Shown: positions 52,093 to 62,424 of the stretch, piece after piece
How the letters are laid out: the number at the start of each line of letters is the position of its first letter
Numbering within the stretch: the first letter of the stretch is position 1
Program-made: the position numbers and the translations under genes
Assembly (NCBI RefSeq): GCF_030684315.1
Contig: NC_081382.1
Span: 20,956,367 to 21,020,366, forward strand
Source of the DNA: Stegostoma tigrinum
Taxonomy: Eukaryota
Length of the DNA stretch: 64,000 nt
Reading direction: 5' to 3'
The notes under the pieces: generated by a model
Seen by the model: only the letters and a program-made list of their open reading frames with translations
What the model was told of the DNA's origin: nothing
Database searches by the model: none

Positions 52093-53175
52093 CAATGTTC
52101 TATTGTTCAACAATGGCATCGGTCAGATAAACTAAATTGCTTATTCAAAATATCAACATTCTACCAGGTCTAATAATAAAACATGATGGATAATCAACCA
52201 TGCTTCAAATTCTGATTCTGTGTTGACAATGAATAGAGCAGTGTTGAATAAATATTGGCATTCGAGGACAAGAAGTAAAATAGCACAAAACCTTGGTGCA
52301 AAAGTGTAAGGCATACCGTTGACTGACACGTATTTCTTCATTAAGTATGAAAATGGGTGTTTGCACTTACTTAGCTGTGATCCATGCGCATAAAGTCCAA
52401 TGTGCTCAAAAAACAGTCACTGGGGCATGTTTACGTTTCAACATAACCCATCTTAATCCATTCAGAAAAACACAAAATAAAGATCTGGTCTCCATGAAGA
52501 GAAAAACCATTCATAAAATTCAAGCAAAATCCACAAGAATTACCTTGATTTCTCTGCTGCAACTGAAAACTAGATTGCAATGTGAAGGTACAATCTGAAA
52601 AATGCAGTTGGGGTATATCCAAATTCAAGAGTTGCAGGTATGGCCAGTTATAGGGCAATGAGTTTAGTCCAGTGGAAGATTCAATGGTCAGAGAACGCCA
52701 ATGAAATTTGGCATATTGTTGCCATGTGAGTCAATATTTTCAATATTCTTCAACCATCTTTATTGATTTGTGTCCAGATTGCATGTTTTCCTGGATACAG
52801 ATGTGAAGGAAACACCAGGACCCTAAATCTACATTTATAATAAAAACGCGCCTATGTAAATATATAGTGCTATAAAGAACACCCACTTTTCAGTAAGAAC
52901 CAAAAGAACTGAGGATGCTGTAAATCAGGAACAAAAACAAAGTTGCCGGAAAAGCTCAGCAGGTCTGGCAGCATCTATGGAGGAGAAAAAAGAGTTAACG
53001 TTTCAGAGTCGGTTCTGAGGAAGGGTTACCGGACCCAAAACGTTAACTCTTTTTTTCTCCTCCACAGATGCTGCCAGACCTGCTGAGCTTTTCCAGCAAC
53101 TTAGTTTTTGTGATAATAAAATGTGAGGCTGGATGAACACAGCAGGCCAAGCAGCATCTCAGGAGCACAAAAGCT

Positions 53176-53203
53176 GACGTTTCGGGCCTAGACCCTTCAT
53201 CAG
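53176..53203 (-). ncRNA. Minimal hammerhead-ribozyme motif (family A consensus)
   Basis: Minus strand reads CTGATGAAGGGTCTAGGCCCGAAACGTC. Confidence 0.75.
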
Positions 53204-53427
53204 AGAGGGGGATGGGGGGAGGGAACTGGAATAAATAGGGAGAGAGGGGGAGGCGGACCGAAGATGGAGAGTAAAGAAGATAGGTGGAGAGGGTGTAGGT
53301 GGGGAGGTAGGGAGGGGATCGGTCAGTCCAGGGAAGACGGACAGGTCAAGGAGGTGGGATGAGGTTAGTAGGTAGCTGGGGGTGCGGCTTGGGGTGGGAG
53401 GAAGGGATGGGTGAGAGGAAGAACCGG

Positions 53428-54145
53428 TTAGGGAGGCAGAGACAGGTTGGACTGGTTTTGGGATGCAGTGGGTGGGGGGGAAGAGCTGGGCTGGTAGTGT
53501 GGTGCAGTGGGGGGAGGGGATGAACTGGGCTGGTTTAGGGATGCAGTGGGGGAAGGGGAGATTTTGAAACTGGTGAAGTCCACATTGATACCATATGGCT
53601 GCAGGGTTCCCAGGCGGAATATGAGTTGCTGTTCCTGCAACCTTCGGGTGGCATCATTGTGGCAGTGCAGGAGGCCCATGATGGACATGTCATCAAGAGA
53701 ATGGGAGGGGGAGTGGAAATGGTTTGCGACTGGGAGGTGCAGTTGTTTGTTGCGAACTGAGCGGAGGTGTTCTGCAAAGCGGTCCCCAAGCCTCCGCTTG
53801 GTTTCCCCAATGTAGAGAAAGCCGCACCGGGTACAGTGGATGCAGTATACCACATTGGCAGATGTGCAGGTGAACCTCTGCTTAATGTGGAATGTCATCT
53901 TGGGGCCTGGGATGGGGGTGAGGGAGGAGGTGTGGGGACAAGTGTAGCATTTTCTGCGGTTGCAGGGGAAGGTGCCGGGTGTGGTGGGGTTGGAGGGCAG
54001 TGTGGAGCGAACGAGGGAGTCATGGAGAGAGTGGTCTCTCCGGAAAGCAGACAGGGGTGGGGATGGAAAAATGTCTTGGGTGGTGGGGTCGGATTGTAAA
54101 TGGCGGAAGTGTCGGAGGATAATGCGTTGTATCCGGAGGTTGGTA
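53428..54145 (-). pseudogene. Uninterrupted 3' part of PLE ORF: Cys-rich linker plus GIY-YIG endonuclease (Neptune-like)
   Basis: NLRIQRIILRHF...CNRRKCYTC...VVYCIHCTRCGFLYIGETKRRLGDRFAEH...ANHF..PSHS...RRLQEQQLIFRLGTLQPYGIN. 5'-truncated with no RT. Confidence 0.9.
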
Positions 54146-54726
54146 GCTCCACACTGCCCTCCAACCCCACCACACCCGGCACCTTCCCCTGCAACCGCAG
54201 AAAATGCTACACTTGTCCCCACACCTCCTCCCTCACCCCCATCCCAGGCCCCAAGATGACATTCCACATTAAGCAGAGGTTCACCTGCACATCTGCCAAT
54301 GTGGTATACTGCATCCACTGTACCCGGTGCGGCTTTCTCTACATTGGGGAAACCAAGCGGAGGCTTGGGGACCGCTTTGCAGAACACCTCCGCTCAGTTC
54401 GCAACAAACAACTGCACCTCCCAGTCGCAAACCATTTCCACTCCCCCTCCCATTCTCTTGATGACATGTCCATCATGGGCCTCCTGCACTGCCACAATGA
54501 TGCCACCCGAAGGTTGCAGGAACAGCAACTCATATTCCGCCTGGGAACCCTGCAGCCATATGGTATCAATGTGGACTTCACCAGTTTCAAAATCTCCCCT
54601 TCCCCCACTGCATCCCTAAACCAGCCCAGTTCATCCCCTCCCCCCACTGCACCACACTACCAGCCCAGCTCTTCCCCCCCACCCACTGCATCCCAAAACC
54701 AGTCCAACCTGTCTCTGCCTCCCTAA
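54146..54726 (+). pseudogene. Mirror copy of the PLE GIY-YIG coding region
   Basis: Translation is identical to the minus-strand arm from STLPSNPTTPG onward. Confidence 0.9.
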
Positions 54727-54950
54727 CCGGTTCTTCCTCTCACCCATCCCTTCCTCCCACCCCAAGCCGCACCCCCAGCTACCTACTAACCTCATCCCAC
54801 CTCCTTGACCTGTCCGTCTTCCCTGGACTGACCGATCCCCTCCCTACCTCCCCACCTACACCCTCTCCACCTATCTTCTTTACTCTCCATCTTCGGTCCG
54901 CCTCCCCCTCTCTCCCTATTTATTCCAGTTCCCTCCCCCCATCCCCCTCT

Positions 54951-54978
54951 CTGATGAAGGGTCTAGGCCCGAAACGTC
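54951..54978 (+). ncRNA. Minimal hammerhead-ribozyme motif (family A consensus)
   Basis: CTGATGAAGGGTCTAGGCCCGAAACGTC. Confidence 0.75.
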
Positions 54979-55364
54979 AGCTTTTGTGCTCCTGAGATGC
55001 TGCTTGGCCTGCTGTGTTCATCCAGCCTCACATTTTATTATCTTGGAATCTCCAGCATCTGCAGTTCCCATTATCTCTGAACTTAGTTTTTGTTCCCACT
55101 TTTCAGTAGATGAGCTACAGCACCATCACTAGTAACAGTGTGCAATTATAGCCCAGTATATTTACGCAGGCAATTGCCAGTCTAAATGTGGACAAAGGAA
55201 TTTCTTGTGCAATTATATAGAATGAATGTTTTTAAAATGAGAATTGATTTACGTTTGTGTTCTCCAGTCTATCTCTCACCTAATCCCATTTCACCAGAAG
55301 GCTACACTTGTTCTTGACTCTCTCTTGTGAAATACCACAGAAACCTGATAATACATATTTTATA

Positions 55365-55591
55365 GATAACAAAGTGTGGAGCTGGATGAACATAGCAGGC
55401 CAAGCAGCATCTCAGGAGCACAAAAGCTGACCTTTTGGGCCTAGACCCTTCATCAGAGTTCTCTCTGATGAAGGGTCTAGGCCCAAAACATCAGCTTTTG
55501 TGCTCCTGAGATGCTGCTTGGCCTGCTGTGTTCATCCAGCTTCACACTTTGTTATCTTGGATTCTCCAGCATCTGCAGTTCCCATTATCAC
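55365..55591. mobile_element. Mini PLE family A palindrome
   Basis: Centre CCTTCATCAGAG-TT-CTCTCTGATGAAGG. TSD TAATACATATTTTATA / TAATATGTATTTTATA, where CA versus TG fits decay of one CpG. Confidence 0.9.
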
Positions 55592-56009
55592 TAATATGTA
55601 TTTTATATATAGTTGCGCATGTGCATTTGAATTAAAACAATCCTGGTCCCAGTTGCTTGAAAATTCTGACATTTTGCCCACGTGTTAAAGTTTACGTGAT
55701 TTTGCGAAGTAATTCTATTCCAATCCTGGCAACTTAATTTTTGTTGATATGTCATCCTTTAATAAAACAAAATTGTAACTGTACCAGAAAACTTCTTTTG
55801 TATGAATAAAGACAGCCTTACTGATTTAATGCACATTTTATTTTACGTCAAATTTACTTACTGTACATGTTTGTTTTCATGTTTGACTTTGGAACAGCAG
55901 CAGTCACATTTCCCCAAAACCTCTGTGAAGGCCAAAAGGAATGATTGAATACACTAATGGATTCTAGATCTCTCATTTAATCAGACATACAGTGGGATTA
56001 TGTTCTTGC

Positions 56010-56150
56010 AAAGAAAGAATTTGCATTTACATAGTATGCTTCATTCCCTTGAGGCATCTCAAAGCATTTTACAGTCATTGAATTACGTTTATTGTTAGGT
56101 TGGCGAACTTTCTGTATCTTGCCAGTAGGTCAGCCATGCAGTCACAGAGC
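56010..56150 (-). mobile_element. DeuSINE-like 3' tail fragment
   Basis: AAAGAATTTGCATTTACATAGTATGCTTC...CTCAAAGCATTTTACAG is similar to 63295-63438. Confidence 0.45.
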
Positions 56151-56575
56151 TTCAAACAGATTTGGCCAAATTTTCAACTGGATCCGAAGAGGCGTTTTCA
56201 CATTCAAACACCAAACCTTGACTTTAGTTTCAAAGAAATCCGATTTTCCCCTGCATTCATGACCCTGCACCATTTCCCTCTGCTCTTTCTGCGGACAGGG
56301 AATGCCTGGAGTGCAAACTGCATACCCTTCCTCATTTTAAACAGGGGGACAAACGTCGGATTTTGATCTACGCACCATTTTCAGCTGGCAGTGCTGGATT
56401 TCAGAAGCCTGTTAAACAGTACTTCGGATTTGAGAACTTGTGAAGAAGATAAAATGCCCACTAACTAGGACTGGGCTGACCACAGTGACAAACTAGGCAG
56501 TCGCCCATGGCAGCACACCTTGAGGAGTGCCAATTTTGAATGCCAATTAGATAAACAAAAATTCCCTCTAGTCTT

Positions 56576-56714
56576 AGATAACAAAGTGTGGAGCTGGATC
56601 TAGGCCCAAAGCGTCAGTTTTTGTGCTCCTGAGATGCTGCTTAGCCTGCTGTGTTCATCCAGCTCCACACTTTGTTATCTTGGATTCTCCAGCATCTGCA
56701 ATTCCCATTATCTC
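56576..56714. mobile_element. Mini PLE family A fold-back
   Basis: 24-bp inverted stub plus tailed arm. 14-bp TSD TTCCCTCTAGTCTT / TTCCCTCTAATCTT. Confidence 0.88.
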
Positions 56715-57724
56715 TTCCCTCTAATCTTCTCATTTTCTCTGTTTTTTTGTAAATTTGGGAGTGAACAGGAGTATTTTGTCAGGAGTGGAAATGGATGCCA
56801 AACTCATAATTAGCATAATGCGCTAAAAGCCTTTGGGGCCAGCCTGCTGCTGAGGAAATATCCTGAAACCTAAAAGTGAAGTCTTTCCACATCTTTGATG
56901 TATCTGTTAGATGTTGTATTAGAGTGTAAATGTTTTTTACTGCTGTGATTTTGACATGGAAAGGTTATGTTGAACATTACGTTGAACACCACTATGTAAT
57001 TTGCATGTGCAATATCATGTTTTTCTAACAAAGAAAGTGCCACAATACATTGAATATTATTTTTAAAAAGTCTTTCACTGTCACATTTTTGTGCTCTAAT
57101 TTAGTTGGACTGAAAGGTATTACTCTGTTCGTGGAGCAGTAAGATTTTATTCTGACATCAGTTCCATTATGAGTGCATGGCTGGGTTTAAAAAGCTTGAA
57201 CTGAGCAGGTCACCCTAGTGATTCAAAAACTACTGAAATTAAGCCCATAAATAATAGGATATATATTTTATACAGTTACTAGTTTATTTATAACGTTTTT
57301 TTAACCTTGGATTTTTGGTCCATTATCAGATATAATGAGATGTATTTAGAGTTTTCTTAGATTGCCACAGATGTAATGGTTTTCCAATGACTACAGTAAG
57401 TGTAATTGCTATTGAGTGTTTCCTAATAACTGTATGTAGTGCAGCATGGGTTAGCGATATGGAACATTGATTGGGCCAAAACGAAATTGTGGTGTGGCAT
57501 CAAACAATATGAGGTAGCATGCAGTAGAAGGGGATGGCTGTGAGATGGGTAAAAGGTGAAGTTTAGGCGTCTCAAAACAGCTTTGGAAGCCTGGCCATTG
57601 TATTTGAGAACCTAAAGCTATTCTGACTAGCCCACGTCCTCATTGACATGCTTGTCACAGCTCGCAAAATGCGCCACAAACCTGACCACTGTGTGAAAAG
57701 GTGACAAATTCTAATAAAGCTGCT

Positions 57725-58050
57725 GATGGCCTCGTGGCATTGTCACTAGGCTTTTAATCCAGAGACCCAGGTAATGTTCTGGGGACATGGGTTCATATCC
57801 TACCATTGCAGATAGTTGAATTTGAGTTCTTTAACAAAACAATAAATTAGGAGTCTGATAATAACCAAGAAACCATTGTCAATTTTCGGATATCCATCTG
57901 GTTCACCAATGGTCTTTAGGAAAGGAACCTGCTGCCCTTAGCCAGTGTGGCTTATGTGTGATTCAGACCCATAATAATGTGATTGATTCTTAACTGCCCT
58001 CTGGGAAGTAAATGTTGACCTAGTCAGCAGTGGCCACATCCCATGAAGGA
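57725..58050 (+). mobile_element. SINE family 2 copy
   Basis: TGGCCTCGTGG A-box, GGGTTCATATCC B-box, body matching 26575-26925. Confidence 0.75.
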
Positions 58051-59554
58051 ATGTCTAAAAGAGGAGAAAATGGGCCTGGAGCATTCCTTGCAATTTGGGT
58101 TTCCCTGAGATGGGACAATCATTCGGTCCATTTTGTCTTTTCAGAATTTTTCAGTGTTTCAGGAGTCCTTTAAAGTGCAACAACTCTTATTTTCTGGACA
58201 ATGGGACAGTTAGTTTGCCTACTGCAACGTCCCAGAAACAACAACTTGGTGAAAAATTCATGGATTGTTCCAATTCACTTATTTTTGTGTTTCTCGTTAG
58301 AATACCGTCAGTCAATGCAACTTCCTGATCTTATTTGAAGGGAGCTGTGAGATCATTAACATTCAACTGCAGCATCAAATCATCAAACAAGGCTCTGCAG
58401 TAAGTGATTACTAAGCAATATCAGTCAGGACAATCTCCAGGTTTCATCAATAGTCTTACTTACAATGGCGATTGCTATTAGCAGTTGTTCTATCATAGCC
58501 TTGTGGTCCTCATTTGAGTGTCCCATCCATTTTACAATTTGCAATGGTGTCAAGTTCCATTCCCTGCTCATTTGGATTGATTGTTGTCTGCCCTAGATTA
58601 ATTATCCTCCACCTCCTAATCCTATTTCATCAGAAGATTTTGGCCTTGAAATACTTCTATATTCTGATCACGATATATATGATGTTGTAATGAGACCATG
58701 TTATTAGGCAGGTTTACAAGGCAACAATATTGCTTCTATTTAAATCAAGCATTTCTGCTGAAATGGTTTTATATCATACAAAAACATTCTTCTTATCCAT
58801 TGGAGTTTCTTAACATGCAAATAGTGAAAGCTATGCTATCTTAAATTGCAGCGCATATCAGACGTCTAATCAGGCTTTTCTGCAAATGGATTTTATAGGC
58901 TTACCAAGTATTTTAGCACAAGCGTATGTTCTCTAATGCACAGAAGTATGGCCTTTTATTTCATAAGATTCAAATGGTGAAACCCTTAATGTACATTCGG
59001 CCAAGTCCTTTCTGAATAGTAGCTTATTCTTATCCCAGCGCCATGCTCTTTCTATTGCATTTAGTTTTTTGCTTGGTCAGTGTCAGGAACAAACTCACAC
59101 CATCCACTGGATGCACAGACTCCACCTATTTACGTTCTAATGGTTTCATATCCTCAATCCTTATTGAAGAGAATCTTAATTGGGGCAGATTCATATTTGG
59201 TTTAGAAAATTGTGCATGTGTTACACCCAGGGATACTTAAGTAAAAGAAAGTGTAATTGGGTATTCAGGTTAATCTTAGAGTGAGATGTAAAACAATTGA
59301 TTGTGCAGAATTACCTAAAAATAGTAGACTGTACCATGTGTATTGAGTGTATTGTATGCTCATATGTTGTGTCTGTGGAGTATATCTATGGTGAAGACCT
59401 GTGTCTGTAACAATGAATGTTACAATGCCTTTGAAGAATTCCTTCACCTTCCTTCGATTTTCATTGCCTCATAATCCAAAACTGGTTTACTTCTGTATAC
59501 CACTTAAAATGCACCTGAAAATGTTAATCAATAGATTGACCAGTTTGCTAAAAT

Positions 59555-59780
59555 GAGAACAAAAGCAAAATGCAGTGGATGCTGAAGATCTGAAATAATA
59601 TCAGGAAATGCTTGGGAAATTTAGCATGTCTGGCAGCCGCTGTACAGAGAGAAAGAGAGAGAGAGAGCTAATGTTTTGAGTACAATGTGACAGCTCTGAT
59701 GGAGTGTCAGATTAGACAAATTACGTTTAAAAGGCTGCTGCCAGACCTGCAGAATTTCTCTAGCACTTTCTGAGTTTAGT
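59555..59780. mobile_element. Old PLE family B-related fold-back
   Basis: TGTCTGGCAGC...GCTGCCAGACCTGC inverted arms, with a decayed CTGATGGA core in the middle. Confidence 0.6.
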
Positions 59781-60029
59781 TAGAAAATGACATCAAATGC
59801 TGAAACAAAGAGTTTGAAATAGATCAATCATGCTCCGACCTCTGTAAGGAAGTTTTCTGCAGCTTGGCACTGTTTAGGGAACAAAGAATGGATTAAAATG
59901 GCAGATTAGAATACATAGCTCTGTAAAATCAGCCATTCCTGGATTAATCAGGCAATACAAAGCTGGGTACCAGTTCTTCAGATAAACACTGCAAGAAAAA
60001 GATAAATGCCACATATACACAGGACAAAA

Positions 60030-60340
60030 TATTTTTATTCATTAATGGGACTTTTGCATCACTTGCAAGGCCAACATTTATTGTCCATCCCTAACTCTCC
60101 TTCAGATGTAGTAGTGAGCCAGCTTCATGAACAGATGTAGCCTGTGTGGAGAAGGGACACATACAGTGCTATGTGGAGGTGGTTCCCAGATCTTGATGCA
60201 ACAACAAGATGAGGAGCATTGGTAACTTGTCAAGTTAGGATGGAGTGTGACTTTGAGGGGAACTTGCAGCTGGATATTTCCATGCTCCTGCAGACCTTTA
60301 TTTTTCAATTGATAAAAAATCTCACAGGTTTGAGTTGCTG
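60030..60340 (-). mobile_element. LINE family X 3' end fragment
   Basis: GGCCAACATTTATTGTCCATCCCTAA...GACTTTGAGGGGAACTTGCAG matches 15290-15500. Confidence 0.65.
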
Positions 60341-61145
60341 AAAACATCGGGTGTCAATGTTTAAGATAGTGAATAATCCACAGCCACCAGGGACAGAAAT
60401 TTCCCAGCCTCTAAACAACCTGGGAGGTGGCAAGAGAATTGGGAAAACTAGCGAGAATGGAAAAAAAATCAGATTGCCGAGGTCAAGAAAATATATCAGA
60501 ATATATGCATGAGCTTTTAACAGTTAGTTGAGAATCTCACTAGTGAGTTGCAAGCAGCCTATTTGCATGTACCAACATCTTATTATTAACAAAACTTGCC
60601 TCATTTACATGCAGCTTGCAGTTTTTCCCAAGTCATGAGTTTCTTCTTCAAGCATCAATCTTGGACAGTACTCCCCAAAACCTCAGGTCACACTCTATGG
60701 GTAGTGACCACTTTGATCCCCAACAACAGAGGCTCGCATTGGCAGAACACCAGCCTCACCACATCATCAGAGAACAACTTGATTGCACTTGAAACACAGA
60801 TGAGTACTTCAATCCTGCATTTTGGAGCTCACATTGCAATGCTGCAGCCAGATTGCACTGTACAGAAGGACAGCACATTATTATCTTATTTCATTATTAT
60901 TACACATTATCTCCTGCATCGGATCAGAGTGTGTCACAGGGCTCTTAGCTTGCTTTCTTAGTCTGCGTTCACTTCTACTTGAATACTTACAGTATTCCTG
61001 CCTTGCCTTGTCTTATTGTGCTGTGCCATTTCATCCAGAACATTTACTTGCATCTCCAGAGCACTGCCCATGAACAGGATGCCAATCTGCCAGTGTCGGC
61101 CATACCCCTTGGAAATTTTCACACACTGGAACTTTGCAGGGCAAG

Positions 61146-61462
61146 GGTGGCACGGTGGCTCAGTAGTTAGCACTGCTGCCTCACAGCACCAGGGACCCAG
61201 GTTCGATTCCACCCTCGGGCGACTCTCTGTTTCTGAGGTCGTTTGCACGCTCTTCCCCGTGTCTGTGTGGGTGTCCTACGGTTTCCTCCCACAGTCCGAA
61301 GATGTGCAGGTTAGGTAAATTGTCCGCGCTAAATTCCCCATAGTGTTCAGGGATGTGTAGATTAGATGGGTTATGGGGGATGGGTCTGGGTGGGATGCTC
61401 TTTGTGTCAGTGTGGACTTGTTGAGCCAAAGGGCCTGTTTCCACACTGGAGGGGTTCTATGA
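61146..61462 (+). mobile_element. HE1-like SINE
   Basis: A-box TGGCTCAGTAG (~61156), B-box GGTTCGATTCC (61200-61210), CR1-like 3' tail. Confidence 0.9.
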
Positions 61463-61874
61463 AAAATTATATGAAATTCCTGGTTTGCAGCAAGGCAACA
61501 CTAAGTAGCTGGGTTTAAATCTGGCACCAGTGGCATGAGCACCAGAGGGTGGTAGTGAGCACAAGATAATGCAAGAACAGAGCAATGGAGACCTGGTACA
61601 TATGAGATGAGCAATGCAAGATTGCATGAATAAGTCACTACAGCTCGTGGAGAGAAAGCCTCTACTAAACTCGCCAAAATTGACACTTGATCAAATATTT
61701 GGAAAATATAGACCAAGAGTTGAAAGTTAACCTCCAGGTTACTGACGTAAGCAACTCATCAAGAATTAACTTATAACAAAAGCTTTCACATTCTCTTTGA
61801 ATACTTTATCAATAATTACAAAAATGTAGAGATGGGAAGAAAATCTATTTGACTGACAGCAAGAAACACCAGTT

Positions 61875-62195
61875 CGGAGGGAGATAGGTTGGATTTGGTG
61901 AGGGGGGCAGAGAAATTAAGTCGGCCAACAGCATGTCGACAGTTCTCAATGAAGAGATCGAGCGCAGGTAAAAGATCAGAGGGAGGGACCCAGGTAAAGG
62001 GAAAGTGTTGGAACTGGGCAAAGGGGTCTGTGGGACAGGGGGAAGACTCTTGTCTAAAGAAATGTGCATAGAGGCGAAGATGGCTGAAGAAGAGTTCTGA
62101 GGAAGGGTCACCAGACCTGAAACATTACCTCTAACTTTTTTCTTCACAGATCCTGTCAGATGAGCTGAGCTTTTCCAGCTGCTTCTGTTTTTGTT
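61875..62195. mobile_element. PLE family B insertion with purine-rich 5' segment
   Basis: 15-bp TSD CAAGAAACACCAGTT / CAAGAAACACCAATT. Hammerhead motif GAGTTCTGAGGAAGGGTCACCAGACCTGAAAC at ~62092-62123. Confidence 0.75.
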
Positions 62196-62424
62196 CAAGA
62201 AACACCAATTAGTGATTGAAGGATCTCTGTGCTTTTCAGAGTCGAGCTATAACAACTGATATGTTGGCTGACCAATGAAAGTAGAGTGGGAATATGGGGC
62301 TAGAGAAGTTGGAGGCCAGAGGTTATGTGTTGAAATCTTCAGGAATTGTGGGACTAGGGACGTGCACTGAAGTAGGGTGAGGGTTGGAGCACCTGGGCTG
62401 TGGAACTGTGCTTTTACACGGCAA

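Larger units (their letters stand above)
53112..55079. mobile_element. Very young PLE family A fold-back: 897-bp inverted arms, 137-bp spacer, 37-nt tail
   Basis: Arms 53112-54008 and 54146-55042 mirror about position 54077, and mirrored ORF pairs in the track translate identically. Exact 14-bp TSD AACTTAGTTTTTGT at 53098-53111 and 55080-55093. Confidence 0.96.
52896..55094. mobile_element. Mini PLE family B fold-back (52896-53111, resuming after 55079) hosting a nested family A element
   Basis: Exact 14-bp TSD CCCACTTTTCAGTA at 52882-52895 and 55095-55108. Hammerhead motif GTTCTGAGGAAGGGTTACCGGACCCAAAACGTTAAC at 53012-53047. Confidence 0.9.

Noticed and set aside
53428-54387. 319-aa ORF as a real gene (also the 261-aa ORF at 6933-7718)
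   Set aside because: These are chimeric frames crossing the inversion junction. The N-termini are antisense PLE sequence with no credible start.
53112-55079. Perfect palindrome as a fold-back read or assembly artefact
   Set aside because: It has an exact TSD, an asymmetric tail, a 137-bp spacer and non-mirrored flanks, and older diverged elements share the same design.
14354-56714. Short hairpins as MITEs or TIR DNA transposons
   Set aside because: Arm lengths vary, ends are asymmetric, TSDs are 14-16 bp, and arms are the 3' end of a GIY-YIG PLE.
61146-61215. tRNA gene
   Set aside because: The A and B boxes belong to a SINE head that continues into SINE body, with no complete cloverleaf evident.
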